From: Protoeuglena noctilucae
Lineage: Eukaryota
Direction of reading: 5' to 3'
DNA: 64,000 nucleotides
NCBI GenBank assembly: GCA_958009085.1
Contig: OY253676.1
Location: 868,001-932,000 of the forward strand
In this document: positions 11,493-23,512 of the stretch, piece by piece
Layout of the letters: each line of letters starts with the position of its first letter
Numbering within the stretch: the stretch's first letter is position 1
The notes under the pieces: generated by a model
What the model was told of the DNA's origin: nothing
What the model saw: only the letters and a program-made list of their open reading frames with translations
Database searches by the model: none
Made by a program: the position numbers and the translations under genes

Positions 11493-14400
11493 TCATGCAC
11501 CCGCCGTCTGCGCCCCCTTTGTGATGTACCCCGTGAATTGCTCGAGAGGGTGCCGCGACCGGTGCGTGCGCGCCGAGAGCGGGGCAGTCCCGTGCGCAGG
11601 CGAGATGGGCGGGATGTCCTCCACCCTGCGCATGTGCAATTAAACGATTGCCGTCTGCTCAACCCTGTGCTGCACCGCTCAAGCTCAAGCCGTCTCACAA
11701 GCAGCCTTTGCACCTAACCGCATGCCTCTTCCATGTCTCCACGCCACTCACCGGATCTTGTCCGGGATGCCCCACCCCGACGACTGCCTCGCGACCCCAC
11801 CCTTGGGAGGCCGGGCCTTGGCCCCCGCCCCCGCCCGCCGCACCGCCGCCCCCTCAGCAGCGCCGCTCCCGCTCCGGCGCAACGCCGCCCCCGCCGATCC
11901 CGCGCGCCCTGCCGTGTCCCGCCGCTCATTCTTCGCCCCTCTCGCCCCTCCCGCCACCGCACCGCTCTCACGCCCCGACCCCGACCCACCCGCCTCGCCC
12001 TGCCCCGCCTGCCCGGCGCGACTCTCCGCGCCCCGCGCCGCCTGCGGCCGCACTGGGCTCGCAAAGAAGTCCCGGGCCGTGCCGCTCGACGCAGTGCTGG
12101 GCCCCTCCGTGCGTGCAACTGCCACTGCCCCAGAGCCCTCCATGCCACGCGCCCCTGCCGGGTTTGGAGGGAACGTTTCTTCCAGATTCCGCCGCACGGA
12201 CGTCCACTCGTGCGCGGGCGGCGCCACCGATGCCACGGGCCCCGTCGCAGCAGCCGCGTCGGTGCCGTCCGTCAGCGCGAGCGGCTTCGCACCCTCGCCC
12301 TCCCCGCCCCCGTCTCCGCCCACCGCGGCCCCCTCAGCCGCGTCCACCTCCGCTGCCAGGTTCCAGCTCCCGCCACCCCACGCGCCTGCCCCGTCTTCTG
12401 CTCCCCACGCCTCAAGCGTCTTCATTGCCCCCTCGACATCCGGAGCGTCGCCACGGAGCAGACCCAGCGCGGTCTCCCTCGCCGCCTCCGCCGCCACCTG
12501 CCGCCGCAGCGCCGACTGCTGCAGCGCCGCCACGTGGCCCTCCGTGCGCCCTCGCCGCGCGCTCAGCCTCGCCCGCAAGTCGACCACTTGCTCCCGCAGG
12601 GACTCGGCCATCGCGTCGGCCGCCTCCGCCCTCCGCTCCGCCATCTCCAGGCGCTCGCGCAGCGACTGCGGTCGAGCAGGGGGGGCAGCGAGGCGATCGC
12701 TCATGCCAGGGACGCGCAGCACAGGCACACGGGCAAGCTGCCCTGACACGCACACGCACAGCAATGTCGGCCCCTCGGCCTACCCTCACCTCCACCGTGG
12801 CCATGGGCTGGCACGCGGCCTCTAAGGCTGTCAGCGCGCCGCTCAGCGACACCAGCCCCGTCTCTGCGGACGGCCCCGCCTCGGCTCCCAGCAGCCCGTG
12901 GAGCTTCCGCACTGCCCTGGCCGCCGCGTCGCTCTCCCGACGCAGCGCGTCTCGCTCCACCTTCATCTGCACGTGCGAAGCAAAGCATACCTCATACCTG
13001 CGTCCCTCGAGCGAGTGTTTGGTTCTTCAACACACTGCCGCCCATGCAGCCTCGCTCCCGGCACTCGCCTTGGTCATCGCGGCGTTCGCCTCTGCGAGTA
13101 GTCGGTCCTTGGATGCGCTGGTCTCCTGCACGACCGTCAAGCGCTGCTCCACCGCCGCCAGCCGTGCCGCACGCGCACGCGCACGCGACTTGGCCGCCTC
13201 CAGCTGCGGCGAAGGGAGATAATACAAGTCAATGTCCCGATCAACGCAGACCAGCATCGTCACAACCCCACCAGTGTCCCCGAGCGGCGAACTCTGACGC
13301 ACGCAGACGACAGCGCATACCGGCCACCCAACGACCCCAGCAGTGGCAACAAAGCCAAAAGCGACTGCCCATGTTCATCCTCTAATACGCCAAAAGCGAC
13401 TGCCCACGTGCATCCCACAACACATCCCAGCCTCGCTCGCCTGCTCGGTGAGCTCCTGCTCCCTCGCCACCGCCTCTTCGCGCACCATCCGCAGGGCCCC
13501 ACGCATCCGCTCCATCTCTGCCAAAGCACCCTCCACAGCGGCCACCTCAGGCAAAACCGATGCTCCCGCTGACGCCGACGACGCCGGCAGCGTCGTGGCC
13601 GGGTTAGCGCGGCTGGCGGCGGTCAGGGCAACGGCATCCGCGAGGGCATCGCGCGGCCAGGCGGGCGCGGGGTGCGTGAGGGACGCGCGGGGGGTCGAGC
13701 GCATGCGCGGGGCGGAGGAGGAACGTACGCGGGGCGCAGCGGGGGCCGGGCGAGGCGCGGGCTGCTCGGGCACCCTGCGGGAGAGGGGCGGGCGTAACAT
13801 GGGTGAGTTGCATGCGAGTGCAGGTGCTACCTGCGCTCCCTGTCGCGGCGACGGGCGACATGCGAACTGTAATTGTCGCCAAATGCTCTTTCACCTGCGC
13901 TGCATGGGGCGCTCCGTCTCCCGGGCGCGGGCGGTGGCGGGCCGGGCCGTGAGGGGCGGGTCGCCCGCCCCGGGTCTCCACCCCTGGGCACCCTTGGTGG
14001 AAGCCTGGGACGTGAAGGACGTCTTGGCCATCAGACGGACCAGGCGGTCGATGTCCTCCTCTGCGGTGAGGGGCCCAGTGTCATGGAATAACAGACCCTG
14101 ATAGCATCCATAGCATGGCGTGTCGACACAAGGCAAAGCGTTTTGGCGAGGCAAGAACAACAGCCGCTCACGGCAGATGCGCGTCGGGATAGCAGGTGGC
14201 TGACATGAAAGAGCGTTGCTCCATAAACACACACACAGACATATCGCTCACCTGCTGTCTTGGACGCAGGCCTCCTCGCCCCACCCACCGTGCTCCCGCT
14301 GGCCTGCCCTGCGCCCGACACCCCAGCCCGGCTGATCTGCCGCGGCGGCACCCCCCACAGCCGCCCCACTCCAGCCCCGAGCTCCTCTGTTGTCGTGTCT

Positions 14401-16038
14401 TCTCCGCCCCTCGCCTCCCCTGATGAAGACCCACGCCCTCGGTCCCCCGCCTGTCCCGCCTGCTTCCGACGCGCCCCTCCCTCCTCCCGCTCCCGCTCTC
14501 GCTCGCTCGCACCCCGCTGAGCCCGCACCGTCTCCCGGTCGCTCCGGTCAGGCTCCGCGTCTGTCCCGGCACCGCTCGCTCCTCGCGATTGCGACTCCAC
14601 GCGGCCCCTCTCCTCGCCCACGTGCGACGGCGACTCGGCGGGCACGAGGGGCGGCACGTGATCCGCGCCCGGCAGCCCCGCACTGGACTGCCCCGCAGCA
14701 CCGGCAGCTCCGGCGGACCCATGCGTGGTCCCTGGCTTGAGCTGGGCGGCCCGCACGGCTGAGGCCTTGCGGCGGGGTCGTCTCTTGGCCTCCTCTGCGG
14801 CCTGCTCGCCCAAGAGCTCCTCCAGGGTGGTGCGGTGCGCCATGCCACCCCTGGATGCGTGGGACGGGCGCACACGGGGCGTGTCTGTGGGTCGGATGAG
14901 AAGTCAGTCAGTGTCGTGTCGGCAGCATGTACAAGGACGGGCCCGATGCACGGGGACGCACCCGCATTGCCAGGGGCAAGGGACGCGCATTTGCACACAC
15001 AGTCCTCACCTGCAGGCTGGTGGTCACGCGTCGCAGGTTCCCCAGCGGGGCTGCTTTCGTCGGGCCTCGCTGCGTCGATCGGAGAGGGCGGCGCCATGTC
15101 CCGCGCGTCGATCGCGTCCTCGTGCCTCTGCTCGGCTGCAAGTGGCGATGGCGGCGTGGGAGAGCCCACCCCAACCAAGCCCAGAGCGCCCCGGAGGTGG
15201 TGAATCTCCGCCTCCAGCTCCGCGAGCTCCTCTCGATGCTGCATTAACCGAAGATGCGGAGGCGTGGTGTTTCGACGCCGTGGCAACGATGGCGACGACC
15301 GCAGTGGCTGTCCCAGGCCCCACCTGGTGTCCGCTGGCGTGCAAATCATGGATGCTGCGGGTCAGAGGCGTCTTTTCCAGCAGTTGAGAGGAAACGGGGG
15401 GGTCGGAGCCATCCCGGCGAGGAGAGGGCGCCGCTTCGGCCTCGGGGGTGGCCCCCTTGCGATGATTCTCCCCGTCGCCCGCCACGGGTGCGGCACCCGC
15501 AGGCCCCACATGCCCCGGACCATCCTCAGCAAAAGGATCTGCAGTCATAGGCAGTCACCGCGGGTGTTTCGTTGTGCAAGCGGGCTCGGGAAATCAAAGT
15601 GTTGCCCCGTGTTGCTCCCTCACCAGCGGGTGCTCCAGTATCGTCGGCGCTGGGGGCGTCTCCTGCTGTCACGTGTTTCTCAGCGCTGGTGGAGTTGCCT
15701 GCGACGGGCGCCCGGCCCTCCTCCTGGCGCGGAGGGCTGCTCGAGGCGTCCATCGCGTCCCCAGCGCTGGGCGTCGGACCAGCGGGGTCCCCGACGTCCA
15801 TGCCGGCGCTTGGTTCGCCGCTTCTCGCGAATGGAGGAGCTGACGTCGAAGGAGTGCCGTTGGGGAGAACTGGGTCACCCTGCCAGTCTCCGATGCAGTC
15901 GACTGAGTGATTTGCGCGCTTGACGCGCCCATTCGCTCCCCTGAGCTGGTTCCCTTCGCTTACGCACGTGTGTTCCGATCGGTGGCATTCCTTGGCACCC
16001 TCCCCTCCGTGGCCGACGTTCAAAAGACTCCTGCGCAT
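11493..16038 (-). CDS. Large multi-exon coiled-coil / low-complexity protein of unknown function
   Basis: Consistent spliced exons HREELAELEAEIHHLRG, LAEMERMRGALRMVREE, LEAAKSRARARAARLAAVEQRL, MKVERDALRRE, SLRERLEMAERRAE; GC donors at 13440 and 13068. Both ends approximate. Confidence 0.55.
13354..13415 (+). repeat. Intronic direct repeat, 2 x ~27 nt (GCCAAAAGCGACTGCCCAYGTKCATCC), period 35
   Basis: Copies at 13354-13380 and 13389-13415. Confidence 0.8.
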
Positions 16039-16144
16039 CTGTCGGCGAATCCGTCGTCCTCGGGGCGCCTTCTCCAGCTATACTCGCGGAAACAGATAGA
16101 GGATACGGTCAAGCAATCGGTCATTGTCACCATCAGGATTGCGG

Positions 16145-17793
16145 ATGGCGGAGGTGCAGGAGCAGTTCAACCTGCCCAGTGGGCTGGGGCTGGAGCAATA
16201 TGAGACGCTTCGAGCACAGGTATTGGACTCCTGGCCGCGGATGGGTGGCCGTACTCTTCCTTTGCATATGGCCATGCGTCGATCCCGGCGGGCCTGCCGC
16301 TGCCGAGAAAACCACAGCAGTAAAAAGCACCCGCACATTTGCCACCCGCATCCGCCGCCCCAGGTTGCACAGCTCCGTCGCGAGGTCCGCACACCGCCTT
16401 TGGCCGTCAAAAGCAACCCGGCGGAGGCAAAACCGGCGTCTGAGGGCGGTGACGTGGCGTCGCTCAGGTGCTGCCTGCGCTCCACGTGCAAACTCCTCGC
16501 GTGTCGCGCTCATCCGCATCGCAGGGACCCTCACACCCTGCTTGTTGCTCTCCTGTGAACCCAGAGAGCAGCTCCAGGACACCCAGGAGCGGCTCCGGCG
16601 GGCAAACGAGCGTGCGACGCGGGAGCGTGTGGGGGCTGAGAAGCTGAAGAAAGCTCACGCGGCGGAGCTGGCGCGGCTGGAGGAGGAGCGGGCGCAGCTG
16701 CAGAAGCGGATGCAGGAGGAGGCGGAGAGGGTCCGGGGGGAAGCGAACGAGGTAGTGGGGACGCTGCGCTGGCAGATGAGGGAGGCGTTGCAGGCGTGCC
16801 AGCGCGAGCATGAGGAGCGGGAGGAGGAGACGGCAGAGAGGCACGCGGAGGAGGTGAGGAAGCGAGGCGGGGGGGTGCTGGGCGGGTGCCCGGCGAAGGT
16901 GGCTGGGACACGAGATTTCACAGGCGTCGAAATGGATGGCAGCGAAGTGAAGCTGATGCAGCCGTCTGATGGTCCCAATACCGTCTGCTGCAGATCCGCG
17001 AGCTCCAGAGGTCGCACGAGGAGCGCATGGGCGCGTTGGCGCAGCAGCTTGCAGACATGAGGAGGGCGCTGGAGCGGGAGCGAGAGGGCCGGGGCAAGGC
17101 CGAGGCGGTCGGGGAGGAGCTACAAAGCGCCGCGGAGGCCTCCACCAAGGTGACGACGTCGGCCGCGCTCGTGGTGTCGTCACGAGAAAGGGCCGCCCCC
17201 TGAGACCCTGTTGGTGGCGCGTGTCGTGTGCCCTCTGCTTGCACTAGACAGCCGGATTCGGCCCTCGCGCGCAGGCGGCGGAGGAGCTGGCGGAGAGGTG
17301 CCGCAGGCTGGAGCAGGCCTCAAGCCAGCAGCGAGAGGAGCTCGGCGGGCTGCGCCAACGGCTCAAGGATGACAGGTGAGACTGCACTGAGAGTAGATCG
17401 TACCGATGATTCCATCGACTGCCGAGTTGGGGGCGACAGCGGCGCGTGGGGCCTCGCAGGGCGGTGTGGCAGTCGGAGCGAGCGTCCCTGGTCGAGGCGC
17501 ACGAGGCGGAGCTGCAGCGAACCAAGGCGATGCACCGGGACGATCTTCAGAAGGTGCAGGATAGGGTGCGGGAGGTCCTGTCGAAGAAGAACGCGCAAAT
17601 CGAGTCCCTCAAGAGCGAGGTCCACGAGCTGAGGTGCGGGGCCGCTATGCCGGGGACCAGCGATAGAGCAAGACGCAAAGGCTTCGTCGCTTGCGTTGGG
17701 CGAAGCGATAGGCCATCCGAACGCGCGCGCAGGGCACGGATCGCGCGCATGGAGGGCGTGCTGATGCGCCACGCTGAGCTCACGGACGCATGA
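16145..17793 (+). CDS. Coiled-coil protein; C-terminus resembles CEP131/AZI1
   Basis: 7 exons MAEVQEQF...; C-terminal HRDDLQKVQDRVREVLSKKNAQIESLKSEVHELR|ARIARMEGVLMRH recalls the CEP131 terminal helix pattern. TGTAA downstream. Confidence 0.55.
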
Positions 17794-17816
17794 GATGCCC
17801 GCACCCCCGCATGAGG

Positions 17817-17821
17817 TGTAA
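17817..17821 (+). terminator. Chlorophyte-type polyadenylation signal TGTAA
   Basis: Begins 24 nt after the stop at 17793. Confidence 0.5.
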
Positions 17822-18173
17822 GCAAGCCATTGTTTTGGGTCAAACGTGGGCGAATTCGATCCTTCTGAGATTGTGACCTTGAAAAGCCCTCGCCAGTCGC
17901 CGCCAAAAACGATATCAACGGAGTTGGACTTTTCGAGGTTGCGCAGCTAATTGTGTTCCTGGCAGGATGCTCATAGGCAGTGAAAAATAGCTGTCAATTC
18001 GTATCGATCGTAGGACTTGATTGTAGGCGGTGCTGCCGGCCCACCGATGCAGCAGAAGCAGTGATACAAATATTACAACTCGCAGGAGCCGCTGGCTGCA
18101 CCCCTCAGTGATCAGAGCGTTGGGCACCTGTGTGAATGGCCCCCGGGGGCGGGGCTGGTGGTTGTGAGGCAGC

Positions 18174-21100
18174 ATGAGGGCAGCGGGCATCAATTCGGTG
18201 CAGGAGGCACCGGGGGACCCCATAAAGCTGCCGTTTATATCCCCAGCATGCCCTGCCCAGGTACGCGCTTTGGCTCTTATCTTGACCCGTGCAACAGGGG
18301 GGGGTGCCCGCACGAAGCAGCGCTCCCTCTGGCATGGCATGGACTCTGCTAGGCGTGCTGGCCACCCTGGGAGCGCCGGCGCCGGGTTGGGTCGCCCGGA
18401 TGCCGTGTGGGATTTGTTCACGCCCCCCTTGCCCCCAGATCGCCGAGCAGAAGCAGTGGGAGCTGCCGCGCTTTCTAAGAATCGAGAAGGTGGGATCGGG
18501 CATGGCCTCTTCTGTGTACCTGGCCGTGGACGCGTGCACCAGGGCCAAGGTCGCGCTGAAGGTGTACGACAAGCGGCAGCTGACCGAGCCGCTTCTCCGG
18601 GGAGTCATGTCTGAGATCTCCATCCACGGACGCATGGGTGCGGTGCCGCCGCGGATGCGCTCGGCTGGCTGCGCGCTCCGCATGCTGGTGGTGTCCCACG
18701 CGCTCGTTGCGGCTTCGTCGCAGTGCACCCGCACGTGCTGGCCATGTACGCGGCGTTCGAGGACGGGCATTATCTCGCGATCGTGCTGGATTACGCGGGC
18801 GAGGGTGACCTCTACCGCCGCCTTCCGGGCATCCGAAGGGAGGAGCATGCAGTGGCCAAGTACATCATCGCCCCGCTTCTAAGCGCGCTGGCGACCTTGC
18901 ACAACCAACGCATCATCCACAGGTGATGGCGGCAACCCGCTGCCGGGGTCGCCCCCGCTGCGCCTGCGCCGGCAGACGCGGGCACGCGGGGGGCACTCAC
19001 GCGTTCCCCGCCCTTTGACGCCGCAGGGACCTGAAACCGGAGAACATCCTCCTCAAAGCATCTCATATCTACCTCTCTGACTTCGGTTTCAGCATCAACT
19101 GCAAGACGAGCCGCCCAGGTGCGTCACGCGCCGTCCTTGTTTGCTCCGCAACCCTCATGGGGCCAGCAAGGGACTCACTCCTTCCTGCTGCCTCTGCTCT
19201 CAGTCACTCGCCTCGGCACGACGCACTTCATGGCTCCCGAGCTCATTCTGCACGAGCCCGACAAGCCGGACGGGCCGCTGCGAGACAAGGTGCCCCGCCC
19301 CGTGCGGCACGAGTACGGCTGCCAGGTCGACATCTGGGTCGTCGGGGCCATCACCTACGAGACGCTCCTGCACAGGTGGGTAGAATGTGCTGACGTGATG
19401 CTGACCCATGCTTCGACCGGACAACGCATGGAGCATGGCGTGACGCGGTGCGATGGCTGGCGGACCCAGCTGCGATGGGCAGAGCATGGCATGGCGCTGG
19501 CAGGTAGCTGCAATGCGTATACAAGCGTATGCCGTCCCTCTAAACCCCTGCAGGCCTCCGTTCGATGGCCCCAAGGAGCCCGACGTGATCCGTGACATTT
19601 TGCGCAACAAGCCCCACTACCCCTCCACGCTGTCGGAAGAGGCCAGGGTGAGGGGACAGGGACTGTTAGCAAAGCCAAGCCAAGGACTGACTCGCGTGGA
19701 GGCACTGCCGGGTGCCTGCATGTATCGCATGTGCAACCCTGGACCGGGATGGGCGGCGGTAGGGCGGTTGACAGAGCGACCATGTCCACATGTGCTCTCC
19801 TAAAACCGCAGGACTTCTTGCGCAAGTGCCTGACGTACGACGCCCATTCCCGCCCGAACGCGACGGAGCTGTACGAGCACCCCTTCATCTGCAAGAGCAT
19901 GCCCCGTGAGAAGTGGGAGGTGCTGCACCCCAGCAACTTCATGACCATCGAACTCGCCAAGTCCTCCATGCGAGAGGTGAGGCCTTTTTCGACCGGTGTG
20001 ATGAATCGAGGCGCGGGGCACGGCCTTGTGGCTGGTGTGGCGGCTGCAGTGTTGGGTCCTTTCGCTTCGTTCGCTTTGTCCCTGAGCACCACACGCTGCC
20101 TTGGCTGTGCAGTCTCCCTGTAGCTGTGCATATAGCACAACTCACAGCCCTCCTTGCGCACCTGTCTCGCTCTCAGCACGACTTGCTGCCCTCTCCGGAG
20201 CAATGGGAGGGGGTGCCCACGGCCCGAATGGCCCGCCGGGATTCTTTGACTGCCGGGACGGACGCCCCCGAGGCTGCCGAGCCAATCCGGGAGCGGCGCA
20301 AGGCCGTTCACTCGCAGTTCGCGATGCAAGCGCCCTTCAAGGGCATCAGGCGAGTGATGGTGCAGTTCGCCATGCATGAGTGTGGGTGCAGTTCATGGTT
20401 TCGTCATGCAGGCGCTCTTGCAGCGTATGAGGCGAGTGTTACTGCGCAATGCAGAGCCAATCACAGCGTGGGAATGGGAGGGCATTATGCGAGTGCGGCA
20501 GCAGAGATTGCGCATCAGCTGAGTGCAGCCCGTCTGTTGTCTCCCGCAGCCCCAGCGCCACGCGCGTCAAGGACGGCAGCGGGGACAGCGAGGGCGCCTC
20601 GGGGCGGGTCAAGATGGACCGTCGCAACACGGTGGCAGACGTCGATGCTCACGTGAGCGTCCCCAACACCCCGTCCTCCTTCGCCCTCGGACAGGTCCGC
20701 TCCTCGGGGTCACCGTATGGCCAGGTCCGCAAGGTGACTGGTGGGGCGGACTCGAAAAGCGCTACGCGCTGCGAGATGCACCGGGACCGGAACACGCTGC
20801 ATCGGGGTCCCGCCGCGCCAGGGGGCCTTGATCGGTCTAAAATGGCTTTGTCTCTGTGGTCATTGCAACAAAACTCATACATCAACGACAGTCCCGCATC
20901 CATCGCTCTCAGACCCGCGTGTCGGAGGCGCAGAGCGGCACGACCACGAGCGGCGACGCGGCGGGGATCGGTCAGTCCATGATGCGCCTGGCCATCGCCA
21001 ACGCCCAGGTCGCCAGCAGCTCTCAGCAGGCAACCTGACTGACTCTCTTCACAAGGCTCACAGCTAAGATCGCGGATCTACCTCTTGCCACTATCGCCCG

Positions 21101-23165
21101 GGGCCCTCGAGCAGTGGCTTCAGCCGCTTTGGCAGTGCCAGGGCCAGCAACTACCAACGCCAGGGAAGCTTGCATCAGCGGTGTAGAGTACATCACCACC
21201 GCCTAGCCACAAAGAAAAAAGGCGTGAGACATGAAGCCGTCACGCCGCTCAAGGGGGCAACCCCTTGGGAATGGAGCGCCCCGGGGGACGGAGAGAGACA
21301 GCCCAGGAGGGCGGCAACACTCAGAACGAGCGGAGCAACACCCACCGGGGAGGCCCGGCGGGGGAGGAAGGCGCCCCGTGGGGCGGGAGGAGAAAGCCCA
21401 GGAGGGCGGCAGCACCCGAGAAGGGAGGAGCAACACCCACCGGGGGGGCCCGGCGGGGGAAGAGCGGCTGGCAGAGGGGGCGGGGCTGCGTAGTGGGCAA
21501 GCCGGACGAGGCGCTTGCCCCGAAGCAAACCACGGCCGGGCAGGCACGCAAAACGCAGCCACACCAGCGCTACAGGCCGCGGAGACACACAGGCAGGCGG
21601 GAAAGAGGCGGGGCGCGGCGGCGCATCGGGCGCAGCACCACAAGCTGGGCGGGCGCGGCCGGGGCCAGGCAAGGGGCCATGGCGCTCAACGGACACGCGC
21701 GCGGCCGTTTCTAACCTCTGCATGCGGGAGGAAGGGCGCGCGGGGGCGCTGGAGGGGCGGGCGCGCGGGGTCGCGCGCCGAAGATCTCGGCCAGGCCGGG
21801 ACGAAAACTCGACGGAGCGCACGCAGATCGCGGCGCCGCTTCGGGAGACGCTCTTGAATGAAGAGAAGAAGCTCGGGAAGGCGAGGAAGACTGCCCCCCA
21901 CGCCGTATGAGACGCCCGTGGGGGGGGAAGGCCGACCAGGGGTCGGGAGCCGCGCTCGCCACTCAAGGCGCCAACACGCGTTGTTTTTGGACCGGCTCTT
22001 AGCCACCGGGCTGGGGCGGGGCCACGGTGTTTCCAGAGTTCGCCACGGGGAGGCGGCCGGCGGGACACGAGCCCGAGAGACTCCAGCTCTCAGCAGGCAA
22101 CCGGGCCCCATTCAAACTCTGCCTCGGGGTCGGGGAGCGGGCAGCTCCCAGTGCGCGAGCGGCCCTTCACCATCAGCCCCAGTGAGTGGCGATGTGCAGT
22201 GCGCCATGTGCCATGCGTAGGGAGCGTTCCGTGCTGATGTCCTGCCTAAAAAACTGTCGGGGGTCATTAGTTGCTGCAGTTTATGGAACAGGTCAGGTGG
22301 CGCTCCATTACACCGCAACTCCCTCGCCCCCGTCCCCGCAGTCAAGTCCGAGGGAGCACCCACGCCCCCCGCGTCCCCGGGTCTGGCCGGCACGCCGCCT
22401 GCGTCAGCCCAGTCCGGCATCGCCAAATCGGCGTCCGCCACGGTGAGGGTGATGTATTGCCAGTTGTACTGAGTAGTGTAGCATTGGTGACGCGGATCGC
22501 CACGCTTATAGCTCCCCCGCACCCGCTCCCCTCACTCACGCAATCACACTCCCCGTCTCTCCTGTCCCGCAGGTGTCGCGGCAGCTAGACTACCGGGACC
22601 GTGAGAGCAAGCCCTCGCCCTTGCAGAGCGGCACGTCTTCCCCATCCACCTCGGTGCGAATGGGGGCGTCGTCGAGCAAGCAAGACAGCGGGGGGCGGAG
22701 ACGGGATGCTGTCAAGCAGGACAGCGGGGGCAGGGCGCAGGAGGCGTCGAGGTCAGGGGCGGCATCGAAGCCCAACGCAGACTCTGGGACTGCGCACAAG
22801 CGCAGCCCTGCGGGGCAGGCGGAGGAGGTGAGGAGCGGCTTGGCCCATCCATGCACGCGCCGTGTATGGACGGGCTTTTAGTCCGACGCCTGCTTCGAGC
22901 CTCGCTTGACCTGAGCTGTGCATTAACCTGAGTTGTGCACTCCGTCAACGCTCTGCAGTCCACCTCTCTATATACCATGCACTCCAGTATGAGCCACTCA
23001 TACTGTGCAAACGACCTGTCGTGGCGCGTCTCACAACTCCCCAATGCCACGCCTGCGCAGGCGGGCAGCTCCCCGGGGGACGGGCGGAGGGAGGGTCGGC
23101 CCAAGTCGGGATTCAAGCAGATCTTCGGCAAGATGTTCTCGCGGGCCAAGAAGGCGGGCGAATAG
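18174..23165 (+). CDS. Aurora-like (CALK/ALK-type) kinase; C-terminal tail interrupted by an insertion at 21036-22083
   Basis: GSGMASSVY, VALKVY, HPHVLAMYAAFED, IIHR|DLKPENILL..DFGFS, TRLGTTHFMAPE, VDIWVVGAITYE. With the insert removed the frame continues QQATGPHSN... through exons 22103-22181, 22342-22442, 22573-22827 and 23061-23165, ending KQIFGKMFSRAKKAGE*. Confidence 0.85.
21036..22083 (-). mobile_element. 1048-bp non-LTR retrotransposon-like insertion (5'-truncated/non-autonomous) with a 19-bp target-site duplication
   Basis: CAGCTCTCAGCAGGCAACC is identical at 21017-21035 and 22084-22102. The minus-strand end has a short (AGTC)n-like tail. There is a degenerate C-terminal Zn-finger-like peptide (RARPACGAAPD..PPAC). 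No terminal inverted repeats seen. Confidence 0.75.
21273..21463 (+). repeat. Tandem duplication, 2 x ~95 bp, within the inserted element
   Basis: AGCCCAGGAGGGCGGCARCAC...GGAGCAACACCCACCGGGGRGGCCCGGCGGGGGA starts at 21300 and again at 21395. Confidence 0.85.
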
Positions 23166-23512
23166 GGGTTAGACAAGGGAGGATGACAGAATACACGACT
23201 AGGGCTCGGCTAGTGAGGATCGGTGGGCCAGGCACGCGACCAAGGGCCAGCAAACCGTAATCAAGATACATCCATGCATGCCCGTCTATGCCACGCTGGG
23301 CATGTACCGGTAATACACGGACAAGGCGTTGAACTCTCCGTCCGTCTGTCCTGTCTCAGTAACTCTGCATAGGAGTTGCAGTGCAGAGTCTATGCCCTGT
23401 CCAAACTATGGGTCGCCCAGCTTGCTGCTCGACACCCCGTCTCATATGCCCCGTCGCATATTCTACATGGCACATGACCGATCCAGCAATCCATATGCGA
23501 GCACCTGGTCCG

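Noticed and set aside
11449..11643. Extra plus-strand exon (GEMGGMSSTLRMCN*) reached via a GCAAGT donor
   Set aside because: It would overlap the likelier terminal exon of the minus-strand gene; the in-frame TGA at 11453-11455 is simpler.
22660..23165. Apparent small N-myristoylated protein starting MGASSSK
   Set aside because: Upstream exons splice in frame back to the kinase across the TSD-flanked insertion, so it is better explained as the kinase tail.
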